NCBI GenBank assembly: GCA_010093605.1
Contig: MU004189.1
Location: 937,834 to 1,001,833, forward strand
Source: Lophium mytilinum
Lineage: Eukaryota
Length of the DNA stretch: 64,000 nucleotides
Reading direction: 5' to 3'
The position numbers were made by a program, and so were the translations under genes. Positions within the stretch are counted from its first letter, which is position 1. Each line of letters starts with the position of its first letter. This document shows, piece by piece, positions 42,636-55,914 of this stretch. The notes beneath the pieces were generated by a model, which did not search any database, was not told where the DNA came from, and worked only from the letters and a program-made list of their open reading frames with translations.

Positions 42636-43313
42636 GTGCTCAACTGCAGCTTGGATTGTTTGTGCGTTTAGTATGGCAAGTGAGCAAGAGGAAAAGCTTC
42701 TCTGCTTGAATTCTTTCTTGTTCAGCTTACTACCAAACGCCTTCTTGTTCAATTTTCATACATTGGGAAGGGGTGTCTTTGTGGACTGGGGACTCTGAAT
42801 CATATGCTTGTGGGTATAGAGGGATATGCTGGCCCGGGGAGTCTGCATCTAGGCCGCATGCACTGAACTTGTTTCTCGTGGCATGCATTTCGTGAGCGTT
42901 TGTATTCTAGATTTTCCTTCCATGGACCTGCGGGGGACAAATGATGAAGAAAGGATGAACTGGAGACGCTTTTTTTGTGGTTGTGAAGATTAATATAGGA
43001 AACAGTACTGGTCAACTTAATAGTAATTAACACTGAATATACCCGTCACAATGCACATTTTGTTTTGGCTCTCTGGTGGGGTCTCAAAATGTTTTGATAA
43101 TGGTCACGTGAATCGGCGCCAAGAGTTTTGCTAAGCGACACACATTTAGATCAGAAAATCACCACCGCCAACTACGAAGCCGACGCAGACTCGCCTTTCC
43201 ACCCATACTAACGATTCAACCACAGGGTATGTTGCTCTCCCCTTTGCGACCCTGTCAAGGGTTTATCTTTGAAGACAGCCTTGCTAACAATGACACGCAT
43301 TTAGGTCGCAAAG

Positions 43314-44299
43314 ATGGGTACGTCTCCTCCGAATGCAGAATCCGGTCGCATCGCAAGACATCGTGAATTAGAAAGCTAACGGCGCGTTTCCACCTGCAGG
43401 TATCGATCTCGATGTAAGTGCTCCAAAGCTGAAAGATCTATAGATGCTTGTCCAATGCTAATGCGATGAAATGTAGAAGCACCACGTCGTATGTAGACAT
43501 TCTTCTCTCGCGGGATAGGTTCAATCCTTCTAAACATTCCCAGCGGTCGAGCCACCGAAAAGCGCCCAAGAGCGACAACCCGTATCTCCAGATCTTGACG
43601 AAGCTGTACAAGTGTCAGTGGCCCCGGATAATATCACTTGGAAGATTGGTGCTGATGTTGAATTCATAGTCTTGGCTCGCCGAACGGACTCGAGGTATGG
43701 GATGGCATGCATGGAATAACAGAAGTGAGATGTTGAGACAAGATCTAGGTTCAATGCCACCGTTCTCCGCCGTCTTTGCAGTAAGTCGACGATGGCTAGG
43801 TACTAAGGGACACACTCTAAATCTTGAACTAGTGAGCAAGACCAACCGACCGCCCGTCTCGATCTCGAAGATCGTCGAGAATGCCGCCGGAAAGCACACT
43901 GGCAAGGCCCAGGCCGGCAAGACCGTCGTAGTCGTTGGCACCGTCACCGATGACAACAGTACGGAATCTCCAACTACACAATAATCCCGATCCCAGTACT
44001 GACAGGAATCAGGACTCCTCGAGGTCCCCAAGCTCTCCATCGCCGCACTCCGCGTCACCGCGACTGCCCGAGCCCGCATCCTGGCTGCTGGTGGAGAGGT
44101 CCTGACCATCGACGAGCTGGCGCAGCGCTCCCCCAAGGGCGAGAACACCCTGCTCCTCCGCGGCCCCAAGAACGCCCGCGAGTCGTTCAAGCATTTCGGC
44201 ATGGGTCCCCACAAGCACAAGAAGCCGTACGTCGAGAGCAAGGGCCGGAAGTTCGAGCGTGCCCGTGGCCGCAGACGGTCCCGTGGTTTCAAGGTCTAG
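43314..44299 (+). CDS. RPL18: 60S ribosomal protein L18 (eL18), 8 coding exons plus a probable 5'UTR intron
   Basis: Spliced product [24 protein letters not shown]...SKTNRPP...GTVTDD...[16 protein letters not shown]. Confidence 0.96.
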
Positions 44300-44950
44300 A
44301 GGAGTCAGGAAAAGGAAATACATCCTCTGGGTCTTCGGACAGCTGCTGTTGTCAGCGGTGGGAATGGAAGCTGGCAGTATGGTGGTGGCTGGTATCATGG
44401 ATGCGGATACTGGCAGCGAGCACGGGCTCTGGTCATTGAAGGCGGACTTCCCTTGTCGGCGTCGATTCTACTATGGGTTCGAAAAATGCAAATCATTGTC
44501 TGCCAGGCACACGATAGTCTCATAAGGAGATTATTGTAATCAAGGCTTCTTGTCACTCAGGACCTCTAACGCTTTGTGATTGACGATGTTGAAAACACGA
44601 TGGATTGAACGGATTCATCGCTCCTTCGGGCATTCCACTCGTTATGCCTCTGGGTAGAGAACGAAGCTATGGTTCTTCATCCTCTGCACCCTAGACTCGG
44701 GCGAAATCGTTGGGAGTTTTTAACACCCCTACATCCTCATTTCCGCCACAATTTCCCCAGCGCCCAAACGCCCACGCCGAAGCCATATGCCCCTAGCCAG
44801 CACCTATGCTCAGCTCCACTGATTCCCTCTCTCCCCTTAGCCAGACTGTCAACATCATCCATTCCCCTTTCCTCAACCCTCAACCTCGATTCATCCCACT
44901 AAGAGACAATCGTGCCAATCTCAAGTCCGCAAAACGTCCCACTTCGCACT

Positions 44951-45914
44951 CTACAGTCCATTCCTCAGGCTCGCCGCCAGCTTCGCCTTGCCAAAGTCCC
45001 ACGCGTTCATGAGCCCGCGCTCCGAGAGGTCGATGCCCTGCATGCTGGTCATGTCTTGCGCGGGCGGTCGGCTGACGCGGGAGGCGATGACTACGGGGTC
45101 GATTTCGAGGATGATGCCGTCGTCTAGATGATGTTAGTACGAAAGGGGAGGGAGGGGGTGGTAAGGGGCTATGGGGTGGAGCTGTGTGTAAGTGGAGCGC
45201 GTACCGACTAGTTCGTCAACGGCGAGGGACTGAGTGTATGTTAGTTTATAGTTCCATAGCAAGAAACATACAAGACTGGGGTCGGAGATGCTTACCACGA
45301 GGTCGTAGTTCTCAATCACGGTGCGCTTGTCTACGGAGTTCCTGGAAAGCTGTTAGATTGATGTGGGGTTGGGATGGAGGAATACGGTAGTCTTACTTAA
45401 GGAGTATATTGAGAGAGTCGCGGAGCGCAAGAATGACGTGGTAGAGCAGGATCTCGTTCTCTTCAGCGCCGCCCACGACGTACAGCATGAGGTCGCCCTT
45501 TGGGATTGTCAGATTCTTATGTTCTTCCCCGTGGTGCGTCGGTTTGGGGACTCACCTCCGTCTTGAATACGCATATCCGGTTGTCGTATAGGATGATATC
45601 TGAGGTCTGCTTGGCGGTCTTTTCTAGTAGACCCTTCTCGAACGCTTTCTGGTCTTTCACCGTCTTGTATGCGATTTGGCCGGGGTAGGTGCTAGGATTG
45701 CCAGTGGGAGGGTGGGGCGCTTTGTGCGGTCAATGTCTGGCAGTGATATATGGGGGTGGAGGATGTATACCGTCGTAGTATTTTGTGAGAACTCGAGAGG
45801 AATCATCGGTGGCTCTATTGATTGGGTTAGGTTGAGCGGAGGCTCCTAAGAATGAAGGTTTACGGACAGGATTAGAATGGCATTGACTGAAAACAGGGAG
45901 AGATTCGGCGCCAT
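44951..45914 (-). CDS. RET3: Coatomer (COPI) subunit zeta, 7 exons
   Basis: LSLFSVNAILIL, QKAFEKGLLEKT, EENEILLY, DKRTVIENYDLV, DELVDDGIILE. Confidence 0.94.
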
Positions 45915-46162
45915 ATTGGGTACGACGGTTGAGCAGCACTGAGTCGAGCGTTCGGTACGTGAATAGAAGGGTCCTGGTGCTTATGGGGGTATTTGGTAGT
46001 GGGGTTGCGGTTGATGCTGTCCTTTCCGTGATGTCCATTTAGCGTGCGCCGGAAGCTTGGCTAAACTCAAAAAAAGTGAGCCGCATCTTCGACGCCAGAG
46101 CTTCTGGTCCTTGCCGACATCGACCACCAGAAAGAAACATTGTGCCGTCTTTTATTGGCGCA

Positions 46163-48431
46163 ATGCCTCCGAGACTGTCTTTTTCGTCATGCATATGCCC
46201 ATCAGGTTCCTTTCTACTCCCCGTCTCCGCCCGCATTGCTCTTCGTGGATCACAGCGACATCTTCAGCCATGGGTCGCATCTTCGAGTTACACGACAACT
46301 GTCAAAACACCATCCAAAGAAGACTCTTCCAAGGTGAAGTCGAAGCAGGATAGATCCAAGCCAAAAACAACAAAGATATCTTCACGTTCACGGTTCTTGA
46401 AGCAGCAAAAGAGAGATAATGTCACAAGCCGACAGCTTCCCCATGCCGGCCTTCCTGAGGTAACTCTTACAAACGCTATCTTAAAATTGCCGACTAACCT
46501 TACGATAGCCCGTCCGTCGTTTTCGTCAAGAAATAGACTCTGGCAACCTTCACAAGGCTATGGAAATGCTGCCATATTTGGCTGCGGGTGGTCTCATGAC
46601 GCCACACAACACTCTCTTGATAACCGCGCTTCTCCACAATGAGGCTCGTAAGCTACGCAGGGACGTCTTGAAAAGGGATACCGAGAAATATCTCTCATAC
46701 GTCAGAGTTTTGGTCCACCATATTCAAAGTAGATTGGTTTCTCCACATCACGCGGCCCTTGTACACCTCATCTCATTCTTCAAAGTCGTGGCTCAATGGC
46801 AAGAAGGAGTCGACTTCTGGACATGGTGTCGCGCACAAGATGAGGCATACGTGGATGCTTCTGTGTATGGGGCTGCTATAGAACTGCTGGCATACCACGA
46901 CACCATGCCATTGGAGTCACTCGAGGAGCTGTATGAAGAAGGATTAACTCGCTTCCCTTCCACTTTTGCGGAGTATCACATGTCGCCAGAAGCTGTTCTA
47001 CCAGATCGTACACAACTCACTACCATTGCGGGTCTTCCTGTAACCTTGCTCCAAGGCATTCTAACCGCGCGACTTGTCCGTGGCGATTGGAAAAATGCCT
47101 ATCTTGCCCTCGACGTCGCTTTTCGACTGTACCCTACACAAGTGCCACCCCGAATAGTCGAGGTCTTCTTCTATGAGAGGCCGCTCTCGGAAGCCTTCAC
47201 GGTAACATTAATGGCCGCTCGTTCAGGAGTGATCCTCAGACAAGGCCATCTTGGCGTTCTGCAAGCGAGACTCAATCATGCGATGAAGTACAACACACCA
47301 GAAGAGCAAATTTCGACATTGCGGAGCTCGGTCGTTGCAATGCAAGCTTCCCTAGGAAGTGGGGGCGTTTTGCAGGATGGACACCTCTCACGTCTTATCA
47401 AAAGCTTCAAGAATCTACTTCCAAGCCATTCCAAAAGTGCCTACGACGCACAGGATGCCGAAGTGAGAGACTGTGTCACCACTGCTGTTCAGAAGATTGT
47501 GTCAGATTTCGTCGACGCTGGCATGCCCCTCAACCGTGTCAATCTCGGTTCGCTCATGTCCTTTCATGGTAAAGCGAGAGCATCAGAAGCGATTGGATCG
47601 ATAATCGCGGAGATGACTGCTCGTGAAATGAAGTCAGACGAAGTTACATGTCGACTCCTTGTTTCTGCGTTCGGCGATGCAGGAGATGCCAAAAGCTTAG
47701 AGACCTGTTGGGACATCCTTGTTGAGTTCGCTGAATCAAAGGGTAGACAAATCTCGGAATCGGACTGGAGGACACTTGCAAGAGCTACTAAGTCTGCGAA
47801 TAACATTGCCTTCCTCGAGAAACAGTTGGAATATCTCAGCCATACCCTTACGACCGACATCAGAGAAGCCATCACCCGGACCTTAGAAACAGAGCCAACA
47901 GAGCCCGAGAAAAAGGGATTGCCCATGGATGTGGCGGCAATGGCGCCTGGGATGGAATCGATCTACAATCGCGTTAGCCAACTTCTCGCGCTCTTCAAGT
48001 CTGGTAGTCTACTAGACTTCAAACTTTCGCCGACCCCTTTATTCATCGACCCAGCTCGTCCAGCTCTTGGGTCCATTGAAGACCTTCGTATTATCTACGA
48101 CGAGCTCACAACCGATCCCCGACAACCCCCACCTGAAGATTCCACAGTATCTAAGCCGCTCAGCCCTACGGGCTTCCCTCTAGACGAGCTCCGCTTCCAG
48201 AACTGGGTTACCATTCTCGAAGCGATGTCAGACGCCGAGGCATATGAGACTGAGAAGGCCAAACTGATCGAAGAAGCTATTGACTCTGGTAACCCGTTAC
48301 AGGACAAAGTTCATGCACCTCTGTACCGCAAGTATTCGGTGCCTGAGACTGATGTGGTATTTTCTTCACAAGAGGAGCTGCGGCGTCATATCTTGCGCCT
48401 CAGAGGTGTGCATAAGACGCAGATCGCGTAG
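46163..48431 (+). CDS. Probable mitochondrial pentatricopeptide-repeat (PPR) protein, 2 exons
   Basis: Arg/Ser-rich N-terminus; intron 46461-46508; PPR-like units such as NRVNLGSLMSFHGKARASEAIGSIIAEMTAREMKSDEVTCRLLVSAFGDAGD. Confidence 0.78.
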
Positions 48432-51400
48432 TATCCGTATTCTTCGTTATGTTTTGGCGACAGCAGACCGCCGTTGGCATAGCACCTTGCACGCGTTGTA
48501 AACATAAATGTACTATATTACCTGCCATATACCCACTGAATTAATTATGCCTGCTTTACGCTCTCTTTCCATCTTATTCGATATTGTGCTTTCGGAATGC
48601 TTCCAATCAAGGGTGACTGAACCGAATTCGTTTGGCCCCATCTTTCTCTCACCTTCTCCTTTCCACTTGTAGTCAGAAAGGTGATTCTTTGTTCACACGT
48701 CCAGGTGAAGGAAGTATCGTTCCGTGCTCTTAGTTGCCGATCTCATTGGAAGGCACGCTTTATGCAATCATTCAATGTCAACCAAAACCATGCGTATCCT
48801 ACACTTCACCGTGGATACCAACGGTCCTCCATAGTCCCTAGTCCACCAACACGCAGCTTTCAATTCAGATTTGCAACGAGTGTACCGTTCTAGTCTCATT
48901 GCTCCCATTGTTTCTACGAGGATGCTCAAAATAACCAAGTTCCCGCCGTTCCTCGAAGGAGGCAAAATTCCCACTAGGCACAAACATGTGCGGAGGCTGG
49001 CGCCGGGATCTTGCATGTTTAGAGCGAATCAGTTCCCGCACTTTCTTCAGGAGGAGGCAAAGCTCCCGTCTCAGACGAAACTGCTGCGGAGCGGCGTGGC
49101 ATGAATGAATGCCCCAACCTTTTCGACTCTGCCCATCCATTTGCGAATAGTGCCGCTTTGGCGATCTGTCACAATTGACGAATCCGGGCGATATGTGGCA
49201 CGATGCCACCATGTTTCCTTTTCTTCCTTCAATGGCAGCGCCACCCGTCGTTTCAAACACCGTCGCGAGAAGGGAAAAGAGCGAACACTGCGGCAAGCCG
49301 CATGAATTCGAAGGCAAAGAGGCGGTGGACCAAATGCCAGGTCATCGGTTTTCGCGTAAAGTGTAGGCAGGAGACGTGTCACTATTTTCTGAGGGGCCAA
49401 GATTTCAGATTTTCCTGCACGCAGGCGATCGACCGGGTTGCGGCATGATTTCTGCATTGAAGGTCGGTGGAGCGACGACGCAGGTACATGTGGCCATTTC
49501 TGCCAGGGCAGAGAGATCATGGCCGCCTCCTTTACCTTCGCTGTTCGTTATCTGTTGTCATCCGGAGTAAAGCAGCACTCGCAAGAGGGCTATAATCTCA
49601 CATGCCACCACTGCTATATTATATTACCCCACGTCATCTGGGGTGTTTTCAGACTTACTGATCCTGGCAGGCCGCGACACAACACATACACGAGCTGTCA
49701 GCTTGCCATTGTGTCTGTGTTTCGAGCGCGCCGTACCGCATCGCCCATTACCCGTGAGCCACGGTGCAGTACAATCCCGCCCGGTAGCCGGATCGGGCCT
49801 CGGTGCGTCTTCCCGAGTTTCACGATCGCCAGCTGCTTTGGGCTGTGCGTGATTCTAGCGAAGCAGCTCGCCTTGCTCATGACAGCTCACACTGTCAATT
49901 TCGGTTCGCGTGTGGCCGACCGACCTTTTACAAATGGCGAGGCGCAAACACAGCACATCCCAGTGTTGTATTGCTGGATGACGAGGTTGGGACGCCTGCA
50001 TGCCATTTTGGAAATGCTATTAGTGGGCCTGAGCGCCATGCTGCGTCTGTGGCCTCGATATGAGCCAACCCCCAGGCTGAATGCAAGGGGGATCGGGGAA
50101 GACGCAGGCGGCGTTGGCACTCCCGGATCCGCGATTCGACAGAAAGTGTCCTGCCTCGCATATTCGTCACCTTAGCAAGCCAGCATCAACGGACCCGGTC
50201 CGCAGGCGGCTCACGCCAGCGAGAAGAAACGTGGTTTCCTTGGACTGCCGGAACACTCCCACAGGGTCGTCGAAAGGGGCCCGGATGTATCGGAGGAGAA
50301 GCATGCTTCTTCTGCATTCGCCGCTCAACATGGAGCGTGCTGCTGCCGCTCGTCCTCACTGAATCGCAGCTGGTTAAAAAAGCGCGGCCGTCAGCCATTT
50401 CCAGTGCGGGTTACGAGTCGCGACGGGCCCTGCGACCTTCCAGAAGAGCGGCAGAGTGGGCGGGATGCCAGGGTAGACGTTCCGAGGACGGCGTGTTGCC
50501 AGTTTGAGACGGCGGACAGATTCAGGGCTGTCTTAGGCAAGGGAGGGCGCTGGTGGGCTCCGGGGAAGCACCACGGGGGGCCGCTGTCCACACCGCTGGG
50601 CCGATGAGCGGCGTGGCTTCGCGTGGGGAAATGCACGCTGGGCCGCCTGGACTCTGGGGATGTCAGGCCTTTGCAGCTGTGCGACTCTGCCGTATGCTGT
50701 ACCCCCGATGCTGCCCTGGACTGCCGGCGCCCACGACTGCTGGCACACTGCCCGCTGCCTGGACCTCGTCCCCGAATGCGACCGCGGTGAGCCTGCTGCC
50801 CAAAGGCCTCATGTTTGCTTTCCCGCCGCCGCGACCCGCCGCGTTGCGCCGTCGTTATCTTGTTTGAGATGTGATGCGAGATGCAGCGTGGGAGGTGGGA
50901 GGCACGCGAAGGAGCCACATCGCGCCAACCTGCCAGCTTCCCCAACTTGTGCCGCTCTCTTCCAGGCGCGGTAGGCGGTCTTCTATTCTTGCTGAACGGG
51001 GCAGCCTTCCCGGAGAGGCGGCCAAGTGCAGTGCGGGATGAGGGCGTGGGGTGGCTCCAGCGCTGCTATTCATCCCAAGCTGATTAGCCTCAAACCTCCC
51101 GGGAAAGCATCCTGTGGTTACGCTACACATGCAAAGCAACCTACCTTGCACTGTCCCAGCTTCCGACAGGCCCCTCCGCACAGTCGTTGTGCTTTTTGGC
51201 TCTTGTCCAAATTCCATCCCTGTGCGAGTCATTCCAGCGGTGAAGCACCGTCGCGCAATATAAAGCCAGAGTGTATGTCCTCCTCCCCCGGACTATTTCT
51301 CCCACGCCCGTTATACCTGACCCCCATATTCTCCGGACTCTACCTCTTACTCTCTCAGCCCCAGCCGTGCCTCCCTGGCCCTTAAATCCTGCCATATTGC

Positions 51401-51956
51401 CGTGTGCGACCTGAAACTGCACCACTCAGCCCTCCGTCTTTTTTTACTCCAAGGAATCAGAAGGAGCTTCAGTCCAATCCCAGCCTCGCCTCGCTCTCGT
51501 AATATCACCTGCAACGCAATACTTCGCCTCGCACAACGATTCGCAGCACACCAAAGTAAGCCTCGCCCTTCCTGGTTGATGCCAGCGCACCCCATACGCG
51601 TGTCGTACTTGGGATATATTCTGACTCACGCCCTGTTTTTAGCCAGCTGTCTTCATCCTCGGCCAAACCAATATTTGACAACACTTCCGTTGTGTTAGCA
51701 AATCACAGCCAAGACTACCATCTCGTCTACTCATCATTACTCTCCACCATCCTCCCGAGGTTCCCGCATCCAAAACTCTATTTAGAGTTCCTTCCCCATA
51801 CTCTTAAGCTCTTCTACCCTTCAACCAAACCCAAACAAATCCACCTCTAGCATCTATCTACTTCGTCGAAGAATAAATATAATCAAGCACCTTCCCACCT
51901 CGCGGCTTCAAACGTCTCCCACCATTTCCACCGTCGGACCAAGCACCACTACGACC

Positions 51957-52181
51957 ATGCGTCCCGCAACCAACCCTCGCCAGCGTCTGTCGCTCTACAC
52001 CAACAGCACTCTCGGTCACGACGTCTCCGCCGCTTTCAAGGCCTCTTCAACACGCTCAGCCACCATCGAAGAGACACCCGCGCCGCCACCATCCCCGGTC
52101 GACTTTAGTTTCGGCAGTACACCTGCTGAGCGAGCCGCTACCCGACGGGCACAAGGCTCAGAAGCAGTGGCCGCTTCATAA
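51957..52181 (+). CDS. Candidate 74-aa microprotein (Ser/Thr/Pro-rich, PPPSP motif)
   Basis: Strong context accATGc; TATAAA at about 51260; long pyrimidine-rich AUG-free leader with a GTAAG..CTGAC..TAG intron at 51556-51642. Confidence 0.6.
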   Translation: MRPATNPRQRLSLYTNSTLGHDVSAAFKASSTRSATIEETPAPPPSPVDFSFGSTPAERAATRRAQGSEAVAAS

Positions 52182-54422
52182 ACCCCTCGCTTCCTTCTCT
52201 ATTGTTTTCACGGATGTGCTTTATGTTGTCCTTTTAGACGCGTCGGGAGCGATCGACGGGTGGAGTTTTCGGGATATGGCCTTTCGGGATTCTTGGTCTT
52301 ACTTTTCTTCGACAGCCCGCCACCCTTCTTCTACTTGCATCACGTCCTATTCTGCGCCTTGGCCGCCACCAGCTTTGTCATTCAATGCAGTTGAGCGCGC
52401 ATAGGGAAGGACCAGATGGGATGGGACTGGGCGGGATTGCTTATTCCGATTCTTATTCTTCATTCTCACGATTGGCATAGACATACAGCAGGCGACAGCG
52501 GGCGTTTCATGTTATTCCCTTCGCACTCCTTTGCTTACTCTGTTACACCATTCTCACTTCGCGCTTTCTTTTGTCTCGGACTTTTCGGGTTATGGGATAG
52601 GAATAGGGCTGTCATTTCGGGGAGAAAGGAGCGGCTGGACGACTGGCAGAGCTTGGATCCGACTCACACTCACCTCAGCTCTTCGGTATAAGAGATAGTA
52701 TTTGGTAATTAGCACTCAACCCTTTCTGCGCCGCTGGACGGTGGTGGGGAGAGAGACATGGCATTGGCTTCGAAATGGAAACTTCATTCGCACTCACACT
52801 CATTACTTCCTTCACGTGCTTCAACCATCCTACTCGTACCATCTCTCCACCAACCACATTCGCCTCATCTCCTCACCCCCTACTAGAGTCTTCGCACATG
52901 TCACACGTGACTTGCCCCAATCCACTCACCGATATCCCTCCCCCCTATCTCTGATCCCTCAACTTTTGAAGCGGTGAGCCTCTCCAGCCTAGGCCTCTCG
53001 GTCCATCTTATTCCTCTCTCACATCACCTCTCACACCACCGTACCTTGCCGTTCGACCCGTCTTCCGCGCGCAGGCCCTGCCGAACGCAAATGTTCCGTG
53101 CCGGACCTCGGCCCACGACATCTTGCCGTAGGGCTATATCTTAGCCCCTGGCACCGCCCGGCCTCGAGTGTCGACAGCCACACCCGCGGCAGCTGCCGGT
53201 GCGCATGAGTGGGGCTCTGCGGCTGCGGTGGTGGGTTTTGGGAGGGGAGGTGCAGGAGGGGTGGGTCACGTGATAGGGAGGTGGGATGGGTGAATTGGGG
53301 GAGTTGAAAAGCGCCTAGGGGCATGAATCGTGATGTTGGACGGTGGCAATTTACGTACAGCAAGCAGTGCTGGTAGCAAACAGGGTGCTCATGTATATAA
53401 TGGTCGCGTTCTATTAATGCTCAGACCCTTGGCGCGTGAATCAGGACGTTGCTATCTAGGGGGAGCTTGTCACTCTATGTGTCTTTAATCTAAACAGGAA
53501 GATTGGAGGTCTAAATAGCACAGTGTGAAGAAACCAAGATAGGACAGGAGAACGTAGAATCTCACGTGAATCGGCTTGTTGCTGCTGACGTAAGTTCGGA
53601 TCTTGAACCCCCTGTTGGGACTGAGTGTCGCGAGTTTTTCCACTTAACCTCGAACCTCAACGGTTCCAACTTCTCGATAGCATCGGCGAAGGATCAAACT
53701 ACAGGGAATTCCAATCTATACGATAAGTCTACCCCATTAAATTCTATACACCTTGAACGCGAAATCACGGACAGTCTAAGGGGTGTTAACTCCTCCGGTG
53801 GGCTGTCAAAAGAGCCACGACTCGGGCCAGATTCGCATTCTCGCTGCTCGATAGATGTCGGTCTAATCTATACCCCTTCGTCCTTGACATCTTGGACGTA
53901 GAATCTCGCAAGGCCTTGGGGTGTATCCACTACTTTTGTCGGCTGTCAAAAGCGTCCCCGCTCCGTTCAGATTCACGCTCTCGCAGCCCTGGCAGCATTA
54001 TACTGATTTACTCTCGTCATTCCGATACAATGCTTTCAGTCCCGCGCATTGTAGGTTATTCTAGAAGCATCAGCCCTCGTAGGCACAGACCTAGACAGCC
54101 TTTCTGGTGGATGTTCTGGTCTTTGAACGACACGTGACACGGTCAATATGAATTCACCAGGTTGCACACCACGTTGCATTCAAGTATACACTTTCGAATC
54201 CTGTGCTGTCCTCTACTTCTTTCTCTATATGCCATCACACCAACAAAACCAACATCACCAACATCATTGCTTCCGTGCAACGAACTTTTCGCTACGTTCG
54301 GTCGAGCTGACCACCTTGCAGTAAATAAAGATTTGTTACCTGCCCTCACTGCTTTCTCGATCTTCACACCCAACCAGCAAATCGCATCAACACCCACACC
54401 GAGCACTCGGTAATACATCATC

Positions 54423-55862
54423 ATGTCGGGCCAGGCTGACTTCCACATCGATGGCCTCGTGCTTAAAGACGACCCCGCGGCAGACGATGATACGGAAGAC
54501 AGGAAGATGAAGACAAAAATCGAGTTCACCAGACCCGGCCTATTCAACCTCGAAGGTGTGCCCGGAGACATCCTCGACGTGATAGCCCACGACTATCTAG
54601 AATCCTTCGACTTCTTTACCCTTCGCGGTACCTCTCGTACCCTCCGAGACTGCACCTCGAAAGCATTCGGACGGCGCTACTTCATGCACGTCAAGTTCAT
54701 GCTCTCCCCCCATAGCCTCCAGGCCTTGTCCGACATCTCGCACACTCCGCTCGCGAAGTTCATCCGGCATATCACTATTGGAACTGAGCGCCTCCAGTCT
54801 GACATCAGGGAAGCTATGTTCATCCATGCAAACCGTAACATCTCACCAGAGTGGGATCGGAAATATGGACAGAAATACCTGATCGAGCTACGGCGCCAAG
54901 AGCGTATGGAAGAGGACGGTGGAAGCGTCGATGTATTAGCTGCGGCTTTCAGCTGCCTGCCGAACCTCGAGAGCGTAGGCATCGGCGGCCCTAGGAATGT
55001 CTCTCATGTTGCCAACGTGCAGAGCTGGGGCACTGAGCGGCTGATTCGGGAGCTTGGTGCGATCGAGATGCTGAACGACTACGAATACGTTGATACCCCT
55101 GAGAGATACATGTTGCTTCATGACAAAGCGACTGAGTACCGTGCTTTTGAAGTGGTATTTAAGGTGCTAGGGGAGATGAAGACCCGAGACCTCAAGCTGG
55201 ATCTCTTCATCTCACGGCCAGAAGAAAGGCAGAACATCCCCTTTCCACTCAACGACTCGAACGTGCGAGAGTGCTTGCGTTCCGTCCGCTCCCTAGAACT
55301 CTACCGCGAGACCCCTTGGCTGGTCGAATGGGCCGGGCGCTTGTTCCAGCAAACCTCTCCAACATTCCTCCACCTTCACGGCATCTCAATACGGTTTGAT
55401 GACTTTAACCTGATCAGCAACTTCTGCAACGAATCTCACGCACCTCTGCAGTCGCTAAAGCTGTCTAGAATTATCAAAGTCAAGGTAGATATGCTCTCGG
55501 CGATGCTGACGCAAGTCGTGCCCACGCTGGAAACCCTCAACCTGGACACTGTCTGGCTCGCAAGAGGGCAACAGATCCCGACCCCGCGCCACGAAACTTG
55601 GGCAAAGGTATTTGAGGTCCTGCGAGGTATGCCAAAGCTGAGGAAGTTGTCACTGGCGGATCTCATCGAGGAACGTATAGTCGGCGAAGATGGGGCAGAT
55701 GCAACTAGCGTAGCGGAAGAGACTCGGTGGGTGTTCAAGGTAGCTCTACACCTGCGGGGTCGCGAGCGCATTGCGCATGTCTTAGGCGAGGCCATCAATG
55801 ATGATAGCTATCAATGCCTGTCCCCATATGGTCTGACTGTCCGCAAAAGGTTTCGTTGGTAA
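54423..55862 (+). CDS. F-box-like protein with C-terminal leucine-rich region
   Basis: 479-aa ORF with LEGVPGDILDVIAHDYL...FTLRGTSRTLR (F-box-like) and LxxLxL motifs (LPNLESV, LQSLKL, LETLNL, MPKLRKLSL). Confidence 0.8.
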   Translation: MSGQADFHIDGLVLKDDPAADDDTEDRKMKTKIEFTRPGLFNLEGVPGDILDVIAHDYLESFDFFTLRGTSRTLRDCTSKAFGRRYFMHVKFMLSPHSLQALSDISHTPLAKFIRHITIGTERLQSDIREAMFIHANRNISPEWDRKYGQKYLIELRRQERMEEDGGSVDVLAAAFSCLPNLESVGIGGPRNVSHVANVQSWGTERLIRELGAIEMLNDYEYVDTPERYMLLHDKATEYRAFEVVFKVLGEMKTRDLKLDLFISRPEERQNIPFPLNDSNVRECLRSVRSLELYRETPWLVEWAGRLFQQTSPTFLHLHGISIRFDDFNLISNFCNESHAPLQSLKLSRIIKVKVDMLSAMLTQVVPTLETLNLDTVWLARGQQIPTPRHETWAKVFEVLRGMPKLRKLSLADLIEERIVGEDGADATSVAEETRWVFKVALHLRGRERIAHVLGEAINDDSYQCLSPYGLTVRKRFRW

Positions 55863-55914
55863 GTGGGTGTCGGACTACTCTTTCACTGGTCCTCTACATT
55901 CTCGAACCACTTCC

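Noticed and set aside
48500..51250. Numerous 60-245 aa ORFs, including 49438-50175
   Set aside because: They overlap on both strands, are Arg/Cys/Ser-rich and show no recognisable domain; typical chance ORFs in a GC-rich regulatory region.
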